A stretch of DNA of 64,000 bases from positions 31,372,001 through 31,436,000 of the forward strand of contig OX597821.1 of assembly GCA_951406725.2 (NCBI GenBank), given 5' to 3'. This document shows, piece after piece, positions 51,865-64,000 of the stretch. The position numbers and the translations under genes are program-made. Source of the stretch: Octopus vulgaris (Eukaryota). Under the pieces are notes generated by a model. That model saw nothing but the letters and a program-made list of their open reading frames with translations. It was not told the origin of the DNA and ran no database searches. Positions within the stretch are counted from its first letter, which is position 1; each line of letters opens with the position of its first letter.

Positions 51865-52490
51865 AATCTATATATAATTATATATATAACATGTGTGTGT
51901 GTGTTTCGTGTATGCGTGTGCATGTCTGCACGCGTGCGAGTAAAGTAATCTGCCTGCTCTTCGGAAAATTGCAAGTGTTTAGTTTTCTGTTCTCTGCAAG
52001 TGTTTAATTATATGTGCATACAAGTCCCCCAGAACATCATTTTTATATCAGGCTAAATAAACATTAATCGTTAATATATATATTTCCTTGTAATACGGCA
52101 CTGATCAAATCATATCATTACTCAAATGCAAAATAATACTTTAAAAATCTTTAGCTTAATGATAACATAAAATGTGTACTTGAAATGTAAGTAACAATGT
52201 ACTAAATTTGTATTTGGACTAATAGTTCATATATGGGTTCCTATATTTGTCTCTGATAAAGAACATACATTTCGCTCGAAGTAATTAAGCGTAAACTGAT
52301 TAAGTAATATAGTTTTAGAAAATCTTTGGCATTCACCGAACTATCGAGAATTAAATAATTAAAGTTAATTAATTCTAGAAATTGCAGCAAATGTAAATTG
52401 AAATATATGTAACGTTACTATAGGTAACAAAATGTATACAGTAATTTACTTATACATTTATCCCCTGTAGTTATGTTTTCAATTAGTAAA

Positions 52491-52531
<41 letters not shown>

Positions 52532-52925
52532 TGTGTGTGTTTCTTTGTGTTTCAGTGTATGTGTGATTTCCTTTGTTTTCATATACACACGCCTGCACAC
52601 ATATATGAATATATAAATATATATACATATATATATATATTTATATATATATATATATGTACGAGCATACGTACAGGTATACTTATTTAATAAGTGCCAA
52701 AGCTTTGCTGCTTCTGCCAATAATTAATTAGAATTACATACATATACACATATTTGTCTTCAATGTTTCTTGTTAACATTGAACCAAGCTTGATTTGAGT
52801 ACAGGAGAGTAGTAAGATTATATATTGACAAAAGTAAAATATATTACGTATTTCATAACATTTATTTTACCTTTTGCATTTTTTAAAATTTCAGATTACA
52901 CATACATACATACACAAACACAAAC

Positions 52926-52992
<67 letters not shown>

Positions 52993-53229
52993 TATATACA
53001 TACAATACATGCATTCGATGGCTGACTGCTCCTTGCAGTGCTTTATCACTTCTCGTATCTAACATTGTTCTTTCCTTGCATGAGATCTTAAATGACTAAA
53101 AAACGAAATGATTATTTATTGATGCCAATCACGTTTTTGGTATCTATCTTTTCCATGCAGCACATTGAGCGGCAATAAATATTTTAGGCCTGCTAGGATT
53201 AAAACCTTTAATGCCGCTCCAAATCGTTG

Positions 53230-53605
53230 CTTTTCGCGCTTTCAATTGGGACACTTGCGACTCTGACCCATCTTTACATCGAAATACCGGAAGCTGTTGT
53301 AATACCAGCTTAAACTCAGCCCAAAACCTTGATGGGTTTCTAGAAATTCTGGTGCCGTTACAGTTTTTCTTACTAAACTTGCTTGCAATTTCCCAGAAAT
53401 CTAAAGAAAGCGGTCTGTCCTAACCATGACGGAACAACAAATGGAAACAAATCACAGGCCTTTCTCTATAACTTCGCATGTGAGGAAAGTCATGGAACGC
53501 AATGTCAGGAGAAAATTTATCGCACTCCTTGAAGATAATGACTTGCTCTCTGACACAAAACAAGCTCCTGCACGGAAAGAAGTTGCCTTTTACAGCTGCG
53601 CAACA
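53230..53605 (+). pseudogene. Decayed LINE RT N-terminal fragment (CR1-like)
   Basis: NHRPFSITSHVRKVMERNVRRKFIALLEDNDLLSDTKQ resembles NYRPISLTS..KVME......L..N.LLS..QHGF. Confidence 0.7.
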
Positions 53606-54188
53606 TTATTATTATATATATATATATATATATATATTCGCTTGCCTTCTTCCAAAGAATCAAGTGGTCTAAGCTTAGATTCCCTTGGGGCCGGCCAGAT
53701 TAGTGCCGTCTCGAGTTTAACAAGCCCAAACGGCAAAGACGATCGGCTTCTCGACTGAAGATTGACAGTTCCAAATGCTCCGTCCTTATTTTTTCCTGTC
53801 TTTTTTTGTATCACCTACTGTCTGAAAATGTTTGTTGTGGTCTGTTACTTTTTTTCTATTATTTGTTTTGAGTATATATATATATATAATTGTGTGTGTG
53901 TGTAGCTTTTCATAGCTTTTCTTGTCTGTATAAATTGTAATACAATATAAATATGTTCCTTTGAATTCCTCAAGCTTCGGGTTGGAAACACTGTTCCTCG
54001 TTTTTGTTCCAAATGGGCCTTCAATTCCTGACAAAACACATACGACCCAGTTACATATTTTAATTTTCATGAATGTAACAGTAATGCTTTAAAATTATTC
54101 TAATCTCACACATATATGGCACTACAAACGTGTCTGTACATACAAACACACACACTCACACATATGTATATATGTATATAAGACAATC

Positions 54189-54387
54189 AAAGAAAATGGA
54201 GTAGAATTTTAATTGAAAAACATCAGCTAGATCAATTTATTAATTGAAATCATATAAATAAACAAAAATAAATGAGTGAATATAATTATACCCACTCATT
54301 TACTTTTATTTATTTATTCATATGACTGCAATTAATAAAGAGATCTTGCTTATGTTTGTTAATTAAATATCTTCTCTATTTTCTTCA
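54189..54387. repeat. Imperfect ~200-bp hairpin
   Basis: aagaaaatggag / ctctattttctt, tttattaattg / caattaataaa and aaatgagtg / cactcattt. Confidence 0.75.
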
Positions 54388-54568
54388 ATATATTTTAAAT
54401 CCTGGATAAACTTATTTACCTCCACTTATACCTAATATTCAATTGTACTATTGCTTTGCAACAGCAAGTATTTGGATATATTTAGGTATACATCCAGTAG
54501 TATACTGGATATCTATTATCCCTTAGATAGTTGTCTAACCTCTCACTCATATTTATGTTATATATATA

Positions 54569-55678
54569 CTAGCTAAAGGTGAGGGTGTGGGTGTTGCTTT
54601 TTGTTGCTTCATTTCTGCTTTTTATCGCCACGTTCTCCCTTTTTGTTTCTCTCTCCTTTTTCTCTCACTTTCCCACTCTCTTACGCTTCATTCTCTCGGA
54701 CTCTCCCTCGATCTCTCTTATTCTCTATCTTTCTCTATCTCTCTCCCATTTATAAAAAAAAAAAAAAGATCTTGAGTATTTTGAGAAAGAAAAATATTTT
54801 GAAAGATCACTCATAAATATGAGGCAGCGACAATGGAAACCACACGTGCCCCTATTGGAGCGATTAAAAGTAAGAAAAAAAGATTTATTAAATTTAGTAC
54901 TTATTTTGGGAGGTTTTCAATGATTGACCATGCAAATGAAAGTTCTAAACATGGGCTACATGCAGCTGTAAATTTCTTTGACGAAAAAAATGAAAAGTGT
55001 AAACAATATAAAAAGTAAAAGGCAAAAATACTTAAAAATGAGAAATTTTTTCAACTTCAAAAATCTTGCCTTAATTTTCGAATTTTCGAACCCATTTTCC
55101 GCGCTTAAATTACAAATCCGCTTTTACTTTACCATATTGAAAATTTTAATCGGGCAAAAGGTGTCCGATCTAGACCCCCAAGTGTCGCGAAAAGTGAATA
55201 AAATCCCCGTTTCCCAACAAAGCAACTAATGTAGCGCCCCAAAACGTCTCCCAAACAGCCTCTCACTTCAAGTTACCCACTCCTGTAAATTTGAATCCCC
55301 TTCCAGCCCTATTTTGGCCCCTTTTTACATAAAAATCCAATTTTATCAACGTTTGCCTTCTTCATTTTATAGATTAGATGAAAGATAACCGCCTCTAGCC
55401 CCTGCAGCAACACGAAAACCCACCATTATGCAAACAGCGCAACCTGTTTATCCCATAAAATACAACTTTCCCCATATTCTTCATCATGGCAAACAAACGG
55501 TAGCCTCGAGCGACTTGCAGCCCTTCTCACACCATTTCCCACCACATTTGACCCCCAGTGTAAATGTTTGCGCCAATCTGACCCCATCTACCCTCACCTT
55601 AAACAATTCCCATCCCAAAATGAGACAAATAAACAAGAAATCAAACAACTTTTTCGCATTTCAGCTTTATAGATATTG

Positions 55679-55679
<1 letters not shown>
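54569..55679 (-). mobile_element. Probable non-autonomous Helitron of a different family
   Basis: The minus strand begins A|TCaatatctataaagctgaa and ends CTAG|T within TA tracts. No clear subterminal hairpin. Confidence 0.5.
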
Positions 55680-55730
<51 letters not shown>

Positions 55731-55744
55731 ATATATGTATTCAC

Positions 55745-55800
<56 letters not shown>

Positions 55801-55810
55801 TATACACATA

Positions 55811-57049
55811 CAGAGAGAGGTTGGACAAAATAATGGAAACACCTAGCATCATAGCATCATTATTTGGAAATATCTATAAAACACCTAAAGGCGTTTTCAT
55901 TTTTATGTTTTTTTTCGATTTATTATTAGTTTTGCTTAATATGTTTTGCTATATTTGTTGTTTGTTTTCATATATCATCAGAAAAGGGAAATTAAAATAA
56001 ATTAAAATGATGGATCTATCGGTCTTTCAAAGTGGTCAAATTGCTGGTGCTCGTTTGGTAGGCGCTAGTGTAAGGGAAACAACCAAAATATTTGGTACAT
56101 CTAGAAGTGCTGTCTCGGAATTATTGACACCCTTTGAGAAAGAGGGGAAAACTTCCTCTTCGGAACAAAACTCCAGAAGAAAACCAAAACTTTCAGATTG
56201 GGGCCATCGGGCTCTTACGTGAATTTTTAAGAATGGATCACAAAAGTACAGTTTCCAAAAAACCTGTTCACCGAGAAACTCATAAATACAGATTTCACGG
56301 GATGGCTGCAATCAGAAAACCACTACTTTCAAAAGCAAACATTGCAAAGAATTAGAGTGGAGTAAGCACCAGCAGAATTGGTCCCTAGAGCAGTGGAAGA
56401 ATATTATTTTCTCGGTCGAGTCAACTTTTACCTTATTTCCGACCACCGGCCGAGTATACGTGTGGAGACAGCAAAAAGAAGCATTTGACCCAGACAGATT
56501 TTTTCCATCTGTTAAACATGGAGGAGGATATGTAATGATCTAGTAGGTGGTGGACTATATCTTGGAAATCCGCCGGCCCAAATATTTCCCTTCATGACAG
56601 AATTAATAGTAAAGACTATTTAAGTATTTTATCTGATGAAATACATCCTATGGTTGCGGAACTGTTTCCGTAATGGAACGCAATCTTTCAGGATGATAAT
56701 GCACCAATTCACACAGTTAAATTTGTCACTGAATGGCACACAGATCATTCTAGTGAAGTTGAACATCTTATCTGGCCACCACAGTCCCCAGATCTCAATA
56801 TTATTCAACATCTATGGTGCATTTTAGAAAAAAAACAATAAAGGATTCGATATCCTCCACCATCATCACTACAGGAACTGGAGACTATTTTAACAGAAGA
56901 ATAGACAAAGACTCATTTGGAAAAATTCAAACTTTATACGAGTTCATGTCTTGTAGAATTCAAGCTGTAATTTCTGCCAAAGCCGGTCCTGCCCCTTATT
57001 AAAATAAATTTGTTTGGAATTTTAAAGTGGTTCCATTATGTTATACAAC

Positions 57050-57058
<9 letters not shown>
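55811..57058 (+). mobile_element. Tc1 (DD34E-type) transposon, decayed
   Basis: TIRs ggttggacaaaataatggaaacac / gtggttccattatgttatacaacc, with TA on the left. Transposase remnants: DLSVFQSGQIAGARLVGAS (HTH), QWKNIIFSVES, FQDDNAPIHT and WPPQSPDLNIIQHLW, with stops and frameshifts. Confidence 0.9.
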
Positions 57059-57110
<52 letters not shown>

Positions 57111-58429
57111 TGCAACTGTGTGGAGACATATTGAGAGAGAGAAAGAAAGGAAGATAGAGATATATATTTATAACTTTCTAGTAATATATTCATTTATGCA
57201 TTGGATTTTTTAACAGATCTATAAACACATTTTTTTCTCAAATGTCATACTCAAAGTCTTAATTCCTAAATATTATTGCATATAACTCAGATGATTTGAA
57301 TTATGTTTCATATTCCATTGTATCACACTGCCACTATTGTATAAGAATTTCCGATTGACTGAACTTGTATTAGTTTCTTAACAATAATAATGCATAATTA
57401 GGTGTTTCGTTTTTATTGATTTTCTTCATGTGCATAAGTTAACATTAATAACAAGTGTTAATCAAACTATTCACATTTATATGATTAAAATTCAATGCAA
57501 TTACGTTCATTCCTCGTGTGATCTTTTCCCTAAGCAATTATATATCGACTACTTATAGGTCAACCATAATGTGCATGCTATATCGAAATACATAAGTAAT
57601 TATCTAAACATAATCTCGCATTTGTTTTGAATTCTCATAATGTTGGTTGCTTACATGTGTAAGCTTCTATTATTATAGATGTTAATTCAATTGAAGATAT
57701 ATATCGTTGACTACCCCGAATAATATAAATCAAAATCAAAATTTTCGTTTTGACATACATGTATATTTTAATTGTTAAAAGTTTATGAATTGTCAGTATA
57801 GATAACATTTGTAATGATACGAGGCATCTATTGTATAGCAGAAAACATGATTATAACTTTAATATATTACATCATATATATCCTCATTTATTTTGATTGC
57901 TTATTTAACAGTGTCATTCTAGATGTAACGTTAGAGATATACAGGTTGGCGAATGAATAAATACAGAATTGTTATTTAAATTTATAAGTAGATATAGAAT
58001 TGCATAGCTATGTCTCTACATTACTCTGTCTTTCGATTTCTCAGTATGTGCGTGTTTCTGTGTGAGTGTGTGAGGTTTCTTGCATAAACCTACAGTTTTA
58101 TTGTAAATTCTAAGACGTTACGCGAATATAGAAGGGCAGTATATATCGTTTTCTGAGTATTGTCAATTGGTTTTCCGTAAATTTGCCTCGGAATGAGAGA
58201 AGGACACTTTTGATATGTACATTTCAGTGATAATGTACATTTCAGTTCGGTAAATAACTAATACGCTATCAGCAGTCTTCCAACCAAGAAACGAAAGGAA
58301 GGATAAACAAAAGGGAAATGAAATCTGTTGATCGTAGAAAGAGAACTGGTCTTCTCAGTGAACAAGTACTGTTAAAAGTGATATAATACAAATTTCATGT
58401 ATCACATCGACCTTTCATCGACATAAGCT

Positions 58430-58850
58430 TAGGAGTGGCTGTGTGGTAAGTAGCTTGCTTACCAACCACATGGTTCTGGGTTCAGTCTCACTACGTGGCA
58501 CCTTGGGCAAGTGTATTTTACTATAGCATCGGGCCGACCAAAGCCTTGTGAGTGGATTTGGTAGACGGAAAATGAAAGAAGCCCGTCGTATATATCTATA
58601 TTTATATATATACATATATATATATGTGTGTGTGTGTGTTTGAGTATCTGTGTTTGTCCCCCACCCAACATCGCTTGACAATCGATGCTGGTGTGTTTAC
58701 ATCCCCGTAACTTAGCGGTTCGGCATGAGAGACCGATAGAATAAGTACTAGGCTTACAGATAAGTCCTGGGGTCGATTTGCTCGACTAAAGGCGGTGTAC
58801 CAGCATGGTCACAGTCACATGACTGAAACAAGTAAAAGAGTAAAAGAGAG
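58430..58850 (+). mobile_element. SINE family A, full length
   Basis: aggagtggctgtgtggtaagtagc...tgactgaaacaagtaaaagagtaaaagag. Confidence 0.9.
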
Positions 58851-59679
58851 TATATCATTGTAATTGAAATATGTAAACTGTTAACCTACATTAAATGTAT
58901 ATAAGCATATCGCGCGGCTGCTGCACTCAATGAACCGTATACTATTAGAATTATTTTTAAAAGACTATAATGCCGCCTCCATGTATTTAAGTAATAGAGT
59001 CCACTTGATATTTGGACTGGCTAATTATATTGCATCGTCACATTCTCTTTCTCTGGTCATGTTTTAAGAAATTATGTTCAAGAAAAATTTGAATGAAGTT
59101 ACAGCCCAGAATATTTCATTATATATTTTTCATTTGAATTTTAAAATTTTGGACTATTTCGAAATATATTTCTTTGTTGAATACATCTAATTCTATAAAC
59201 AAACAATTATCGATATACAAATTAACACACTCGTAATTGCTCCATGATTTGTAGGTGTGGTGTAAAAAAATCAGCAAATAAATTATTAATGGTGATGTGC
59301 CGTAAATTTTTAAAATTTTGATTATAAATATTCATTTATCAAATATTACTTAGATATATTATATGATACTGAGTAAATAATCAATGATGTCTACTTGATT
59401 TATTTCCATGCTTAGTAATGGATGCAATATGTTGCACTGTTGTGTAGTTTGCGGCTATGTATAAGCTATAATTAGGTAATAAAAAGTAACAGTAACACTC
59501 GTAATCGCAAAGAGAATGAATTATTTATTTCTTCAGCATAATTGTACTGATGATCAAATAGTCTGATACATATGAAACAGATTAATGTATTGCCTTCACA
59601 AAGTTGTCGAATTTCTTCTCGTTGTTGTAAAAGTTGATAAATTTTGTATTTTTAAGAGAAAGTACATTATCCGTGATGC

Positions 59680-60099
59680 TTACTCTTTTTCTTTTACTCT
59701 TTTACTTTTTTCAGTCATTTGACTGCGGCCATGCTGGAGCACCGCCTTTAGTCGAGCAAATCGACCCCGGGACTTATTCTTTGTAAGCCCAGTACTTATG
59801 CTATCGGTCCATTTTGCCGAACCGCTAAGTGATGGGGACGTAAACACACCAGCATCGGTTGTCAAGCAATGCTAGAGGGACAAACACAGACACACAAACA
59901 TATATACACACACTTATATATATATATATACATATATACGACAGGCTTCTTTCAGTTTCCGCCTACCAAATCCACTCACAAGGCATTGGTCAGCCCGGGG
60001 CTATAGCAGAAGACACTTGCCCAAGATGCCACGCAGTGGGACTGAACTCGGAACCATGTGGTCGGTTAGCAAGCTACTTACCACACAGCCAATCCTCCT
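59680..60099 (-). mobile_element. SINE family A, full length
   Basis: Reverse complement of the family consensus. Confidence 0.9.
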
Positions 60100-60411
60100 G
60101 TTTAAAAGTAATACAGAATATACATACACAGTTACGTATAAGTGTTTTTGAATGTATATGTATGCACCTTTGTCATGTCTTTTCTATATTATTTGCATGG
60201 TAATGACTCTGATGGACATACTGGCCTAGTAACCTTAAACATGTAACTAGCTTCTCTTCTCAGGTAACAACTGGTTTCTCTGTTTAGTTTCCTGTGAGTC
60301 ATTTTCATTCCAATAGCTTCTTTCTTCAAACTGTTACTGTATGTAACTCACAAAAGTCACTTTGTTTTTCTTGGGTGTTTGCTGTTGTCTCAGTTTTCCG
60401 CTAATCGACAT

Positions 60412-60465
<54 letters not shown>

Positions 60466-60531
60466 GAAAATAGTATTGCTTTCCAGTAAAAGATAGCCCG
60501 TAAGGGTAAATTTGAAATTTTGTCTAGGTAT

Positions 60532-60602
60532 ATGCAGCTGATGAGGACAAATCAGATCTACGTTGTCAAACGTATTTGAAGAGTCTGAAACCGGTCCTGC
60601 AT
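60532..60602 (+). ncRNA. Canonical type I hammerhead ribozyme
   Basis: atgcag-CTGATGA-ggac[...tacgtt gtca aacgta...]gtct-GAAA-ccg-GTC-ctgcat: perfect 6-bp stem I, intact core, accggt palindromic stem III, GUC site. About 70 bp from (TA)n. Confidence 0.88.
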
Positions 60603-60799
60603 TATCCGTTTCTAGGTTTTTCATTTTTCAGATGTTCTTCCTAGAGGTAAGACAAATTTCTTTCATGCTTGTTGCACACACACACGTCTTTGCTAGTATA
60701 TATGCTAGTATATATACAATAGCGTCGTATCTATTACGATCGCTATTTTCCAGTAAATATCGGTACTTCGTTGTACCATTTATTTACTTTTATATATAC

Positions 60800-60985
60800 A
60801 TGAGAGCACAAAAAACACAACAACGCGAGGACGTGGAACAAATATGGTATTATTGGACGCGCAGGAAAGAAGGAAAGAAGGAGGATTTAACATTTCGAGC
60901 GGAGCTCTTCTTCGGAAACATAGGAGAAGGAACGATCAGGAGAAGGGAAGCCAGAGGGAAAAATCGCCAACGGTACACACGCGGT

Positions 60986-60990
<5 letters not shown>
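60800..60990 (-). mobile_element. Penelope-pLTR-like fragment with a minimal hammerhead (60886-60918)
   Basis: The minus strand reads ttt-CCGAAGA-a-gagc tcc gctc-GAAA-tgTTA-aa. A related truncated piece (acgtttcgatcctacgct) lies at 11057-11154. Confidence 0.6.
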
Positions 60991-61040
<50 letters not shown>

Positions 61041-62438
61041 TAGGTTGTGCGTGTTTGTGTCTGTTTGTTCCCCCACCACAACGCTTCCTAACAGCCTGTG
61101 TTGGTGTGCTTACCTCTTCTTAACTTAGTGGTTCGGGAAAAGGCGTCGAACACAATAAGTAGCAGGCTTCAAAAACCCGTCAATGCGTTGCTCCAGCATC
61201 GCCGGATTCAAATGAAACAAATAAAAGAAAGAATATATATTGAGCAAGAGAGAGGGAAACCTAACGTAAGATATAATTTGCGTTTTGGCATGGTATTTGA
61301 ATTAATCTCTCAAGCCTTGCTGCAATTTCATTTCGTGTTGTTGTCTTACGTACCTGACAAATTTCTTTTACATTGTCTAGTATTAGGTGTCCATTCAGCT
61401 TCAATCTACTCTCTTTGAATATCTGAGATAATAAATAGAATAATAATAATATATTAAAAACATGCTGCTGGAAACTTTGTACCCGATTTTGCAAATTATG
61501 TTTATCTGGAACTTTCTCTTCCCCAAAGTCTATCTCATTATTTTATTCCTAGAACCCTACAGTTAAACGAGAATAAATATATCACCCTTGTAGCTAATAG
61601 CGATATGTTTTCGAACCTTCGAAAATAAACTCGGATAAACAGAACTAAGAGAAAATGTGTCAACAGTCTACTGAAATCTTAGCCAATTCTGAAGTAAAAT
61701 TAAGTTATCTTGCTACGAAAGCATTTTACCTCTGCAAGAGGGCATCGTTCCGAGTGAGCAGCTCTTGAGTATAGAACAATGGCATTAAGCCAAGGTAATA
61801 AGAAAATGACGACCTCTATTTTATATTCGTTCACCTAATCACATTTTTCTTTGGAGTAAATGAGGCATGAATAGTGAATATACAGATTTCTAAAACCCTT
61901 TTATGTATTTTATAGTTTGTTCTCCTGCGGCCGAAAAGGAACCATTTGATAGTTTGATATTTTAAGTATCATTCTGTCGTTTCATGTGACCTGTTTAATG
62001 CAGATTTTGATACAAGCAAATATTATATTGCTACTTCGAAAAAGTTCCCAAATTATGAATGCGATCTCTTATATTACGAATCACATAAAAGAACTTAATC
62101 TTGCTATAAACTGTCCTCCAGTTTTTAATTAACTGCATATAGAAAAATAGATTTTGCTTCTTATTTCTTGATGTGTAAGACATATTCGGAGAAATGTAAG
62201 ATTTGTATATTATGGCATTTTTACTAAGGTCATGAATATATAATTTGCTTATTATTAGAAATACTGTACAACTGACATAAAACACAAGCTTCTTATTTGT
62301 ATGCAAATGACCGTCGGAAATGTATTTACAAGCGTAAAATGATATTAAGTATAATTCTTTTACTCTTATTCTTTTACTTGTTTCAATTATTTTGACTACA
62401 ACCATGCAGAAGGGGTTTGAATATATTTATTTTACAGA

Positions 62439-62680
62439 GTGGAGGCGCGTGGCTTTGTGGTTAAGGTGTCAGCATCATGATCGTACGTTCGTGGTTTCGA
62501 TTCCTGGACCGGGCGACGCGTTGTGTCCTTGAGCAAAACACTTCATTTCACGTTGCTCCAGTGCACTCAGCTGACAAAAATGAGTAACGCTGCGATGGAC
62601 TGGCGTCCTGTCCAGCTGGGGAACACATACACCATTGAAATCGGGAAACCGGGCCTGGCTAGGCTTTAGAGTTAATAAAT
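62439..62680 (+). mobile_element. tRNA-derived SINE family C with 18-bp TSD
   Basis: A-box gtggctttgtgg, B-box ggtttcgattcc and core tccttgagcaaaacactt. TSD atatatttattttacaga at 62421-62438 and 62681-62698. Confidence 0.85.
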
Positions 62681-63060
62681 ATATATTTATTTTACAGATT
62701 TTTAAAAATGTATATGAGCATATAGATAAACACTGCACTGTTTTGTATGAAACATGTTGGAAAATAACAAACATTTCGTGAAGATTATATATTTGAAAGA
62801 ACCTATTACACTGGCCTATAAGGGTTTTGAAGTTTCGGAAATAGACATCATTACTATACATCACTGGTCTACTGAATCCAAATGTAGCCTTCTTCTTGAC
62901 CTATTCCATCTACTTTTGAAGTTATTTAGCACTTCTTTAGTCACTATGTATGTGTGTACGTCTAGTACGTAGTGTTTGTTACCTTATTCAAATTCCAAAT
63001 GTTATTCTTTTTCCACACTATTTAGATGTTGTGGTGAACTAAGCAATAGAAAATAAGTAA

Positions 63061-64000
63061 GATGCCCTCCGCAAGATAGTGTTGCGTTAATTCTCCAAAT
63101 GTGTTTGCTAGTTTCGTGGAGAATACACATTACCTGAAAATAGTCAAAAAACAACACTAATTTTGATGAAAATGTGTATATGGTATATTATGGTATGAAG
63201 CTGGGAGACCAAGACAAATATTGGGCACAGCATAGCGTCTGCAACAACGTAAAGAACATTTGTGACGATGGACTAAAAGGACAAGGAGATGTTTTAGGTA
63301 TGCTTCAATGGTATAGCGGGATCCCTATAATTACATGGACGGCTGTTATTTATGTAACCTAAGTTTAAAGGGTTCTAGCCGGAAAACAAAACAAACGCTC
63401 GTCTATTCTAACCTTGCCTCTGCTATTAGACCGGCTCAACACTGAAGAGCTTCCTGTTCTTGTCTTCAGTGTCATTCATCAGATAACTTTACCCTCTACC
63501 AAAGAAGATTTATCACCTGAAGATGACACTAGAGATCAAGAGTTTTCAGTTGAGACCTTACCTGAGCTACTCTCCCAGGTAGAGCTGAATGATCTAGTTT
63601 GTGACTTGAAACTCCCAAAACATTCTGCAGAACGGTTGGCTTCTTGACTGAAAGGAAAGAATCTTCTAAAGAATGGTGTCCGTATAACCTTTTTATTATC
63701 GGATTCGGCATGAAGAGTTCCTTTATTTTTTTACAAAAGCGAAAGCGCTGGTTTACTGCAGAGATGTCAGCTGGCTTCTTAAAAAACTAGGTAGCGAGGA
63801 ATACAAACAAGATGAACGGCGTATTTTCGTAGACAGCTCTAAGAGTAGTTTAAAATGTGTATTGTTGCTCATCGGGAATCTGTATGGTTTTGTCCCAGTC
63901 AGCCGCTCAACAACTCTGAAGTAAAATATGAATTAAGTTGGTTCTAAAGAGGTTACTTTATCATTATCATAACTTTGTCATCTGCGTTGACTTAAAGATG
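63061..64000 (+). pseudogene. Decayed DNA-transposon transposase, probably CMC/Chapaev3-like; runs off the window
   Basis: Fragments CVNSPNVF, YGMKLGDQDKYWAQHSVC, SQVELNDLVCDLKLPKHSAERLAS, ERRIFVDSSKSSLKCVLLLIGN and VICVDLKM, with many frameshifts. The superfamily assignment is from memory of these motifs. Confidence 0.6.

Overview
AT-rich eukaryotic DNA dense in microsatellites ((TA)n, (CA/TG)n, (TTA)n, (GAT)n, (GAA)n). I recognise no host protein-coding gene, and most short ORFs in the track are translations of microsatellites. The SINE families resemble those of octopus (coleoid cephalopod) genomes; this is an inference. The main coding relics are a near full-length Helitron (40118-~46269, minus; Rep-PIF1 broken by two frameshifts, nine N-terminal 23-aa STPR-like repeats) with a 388-bp non-autonomous derivative, R4/Dong-type RLE LINEs in (TAA)n tracts, CR1-like LINE fragments, a Penelope GIY-YIG fragment, decayed Tc1 and mariner/maT transposons, a probable Chapaev3-like transposase remnant, and many tRNA-derived SINEs. 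The strongest hidden signal is about 15 type I hammerhead ribozyme motifs, intact or decayed, from roughly 9-10 unrelated sequence families. They sit in short non-coding inserts, mostly in or beside (TA)n tracts. Two form ORF-less tandem-plus-inverted multimers (363-bp and 474-bp units), and one family is fused to a tRNA-derived SINE head. Together they point to a Penelope-like/retrozyme population. Several long imperfect fold-backs (200-800 bp) and inverted SINE pairs are candidate dsRNA/ADAR substrates. All alignments and folds were done by eye, so boundaries may be off by a few bases.
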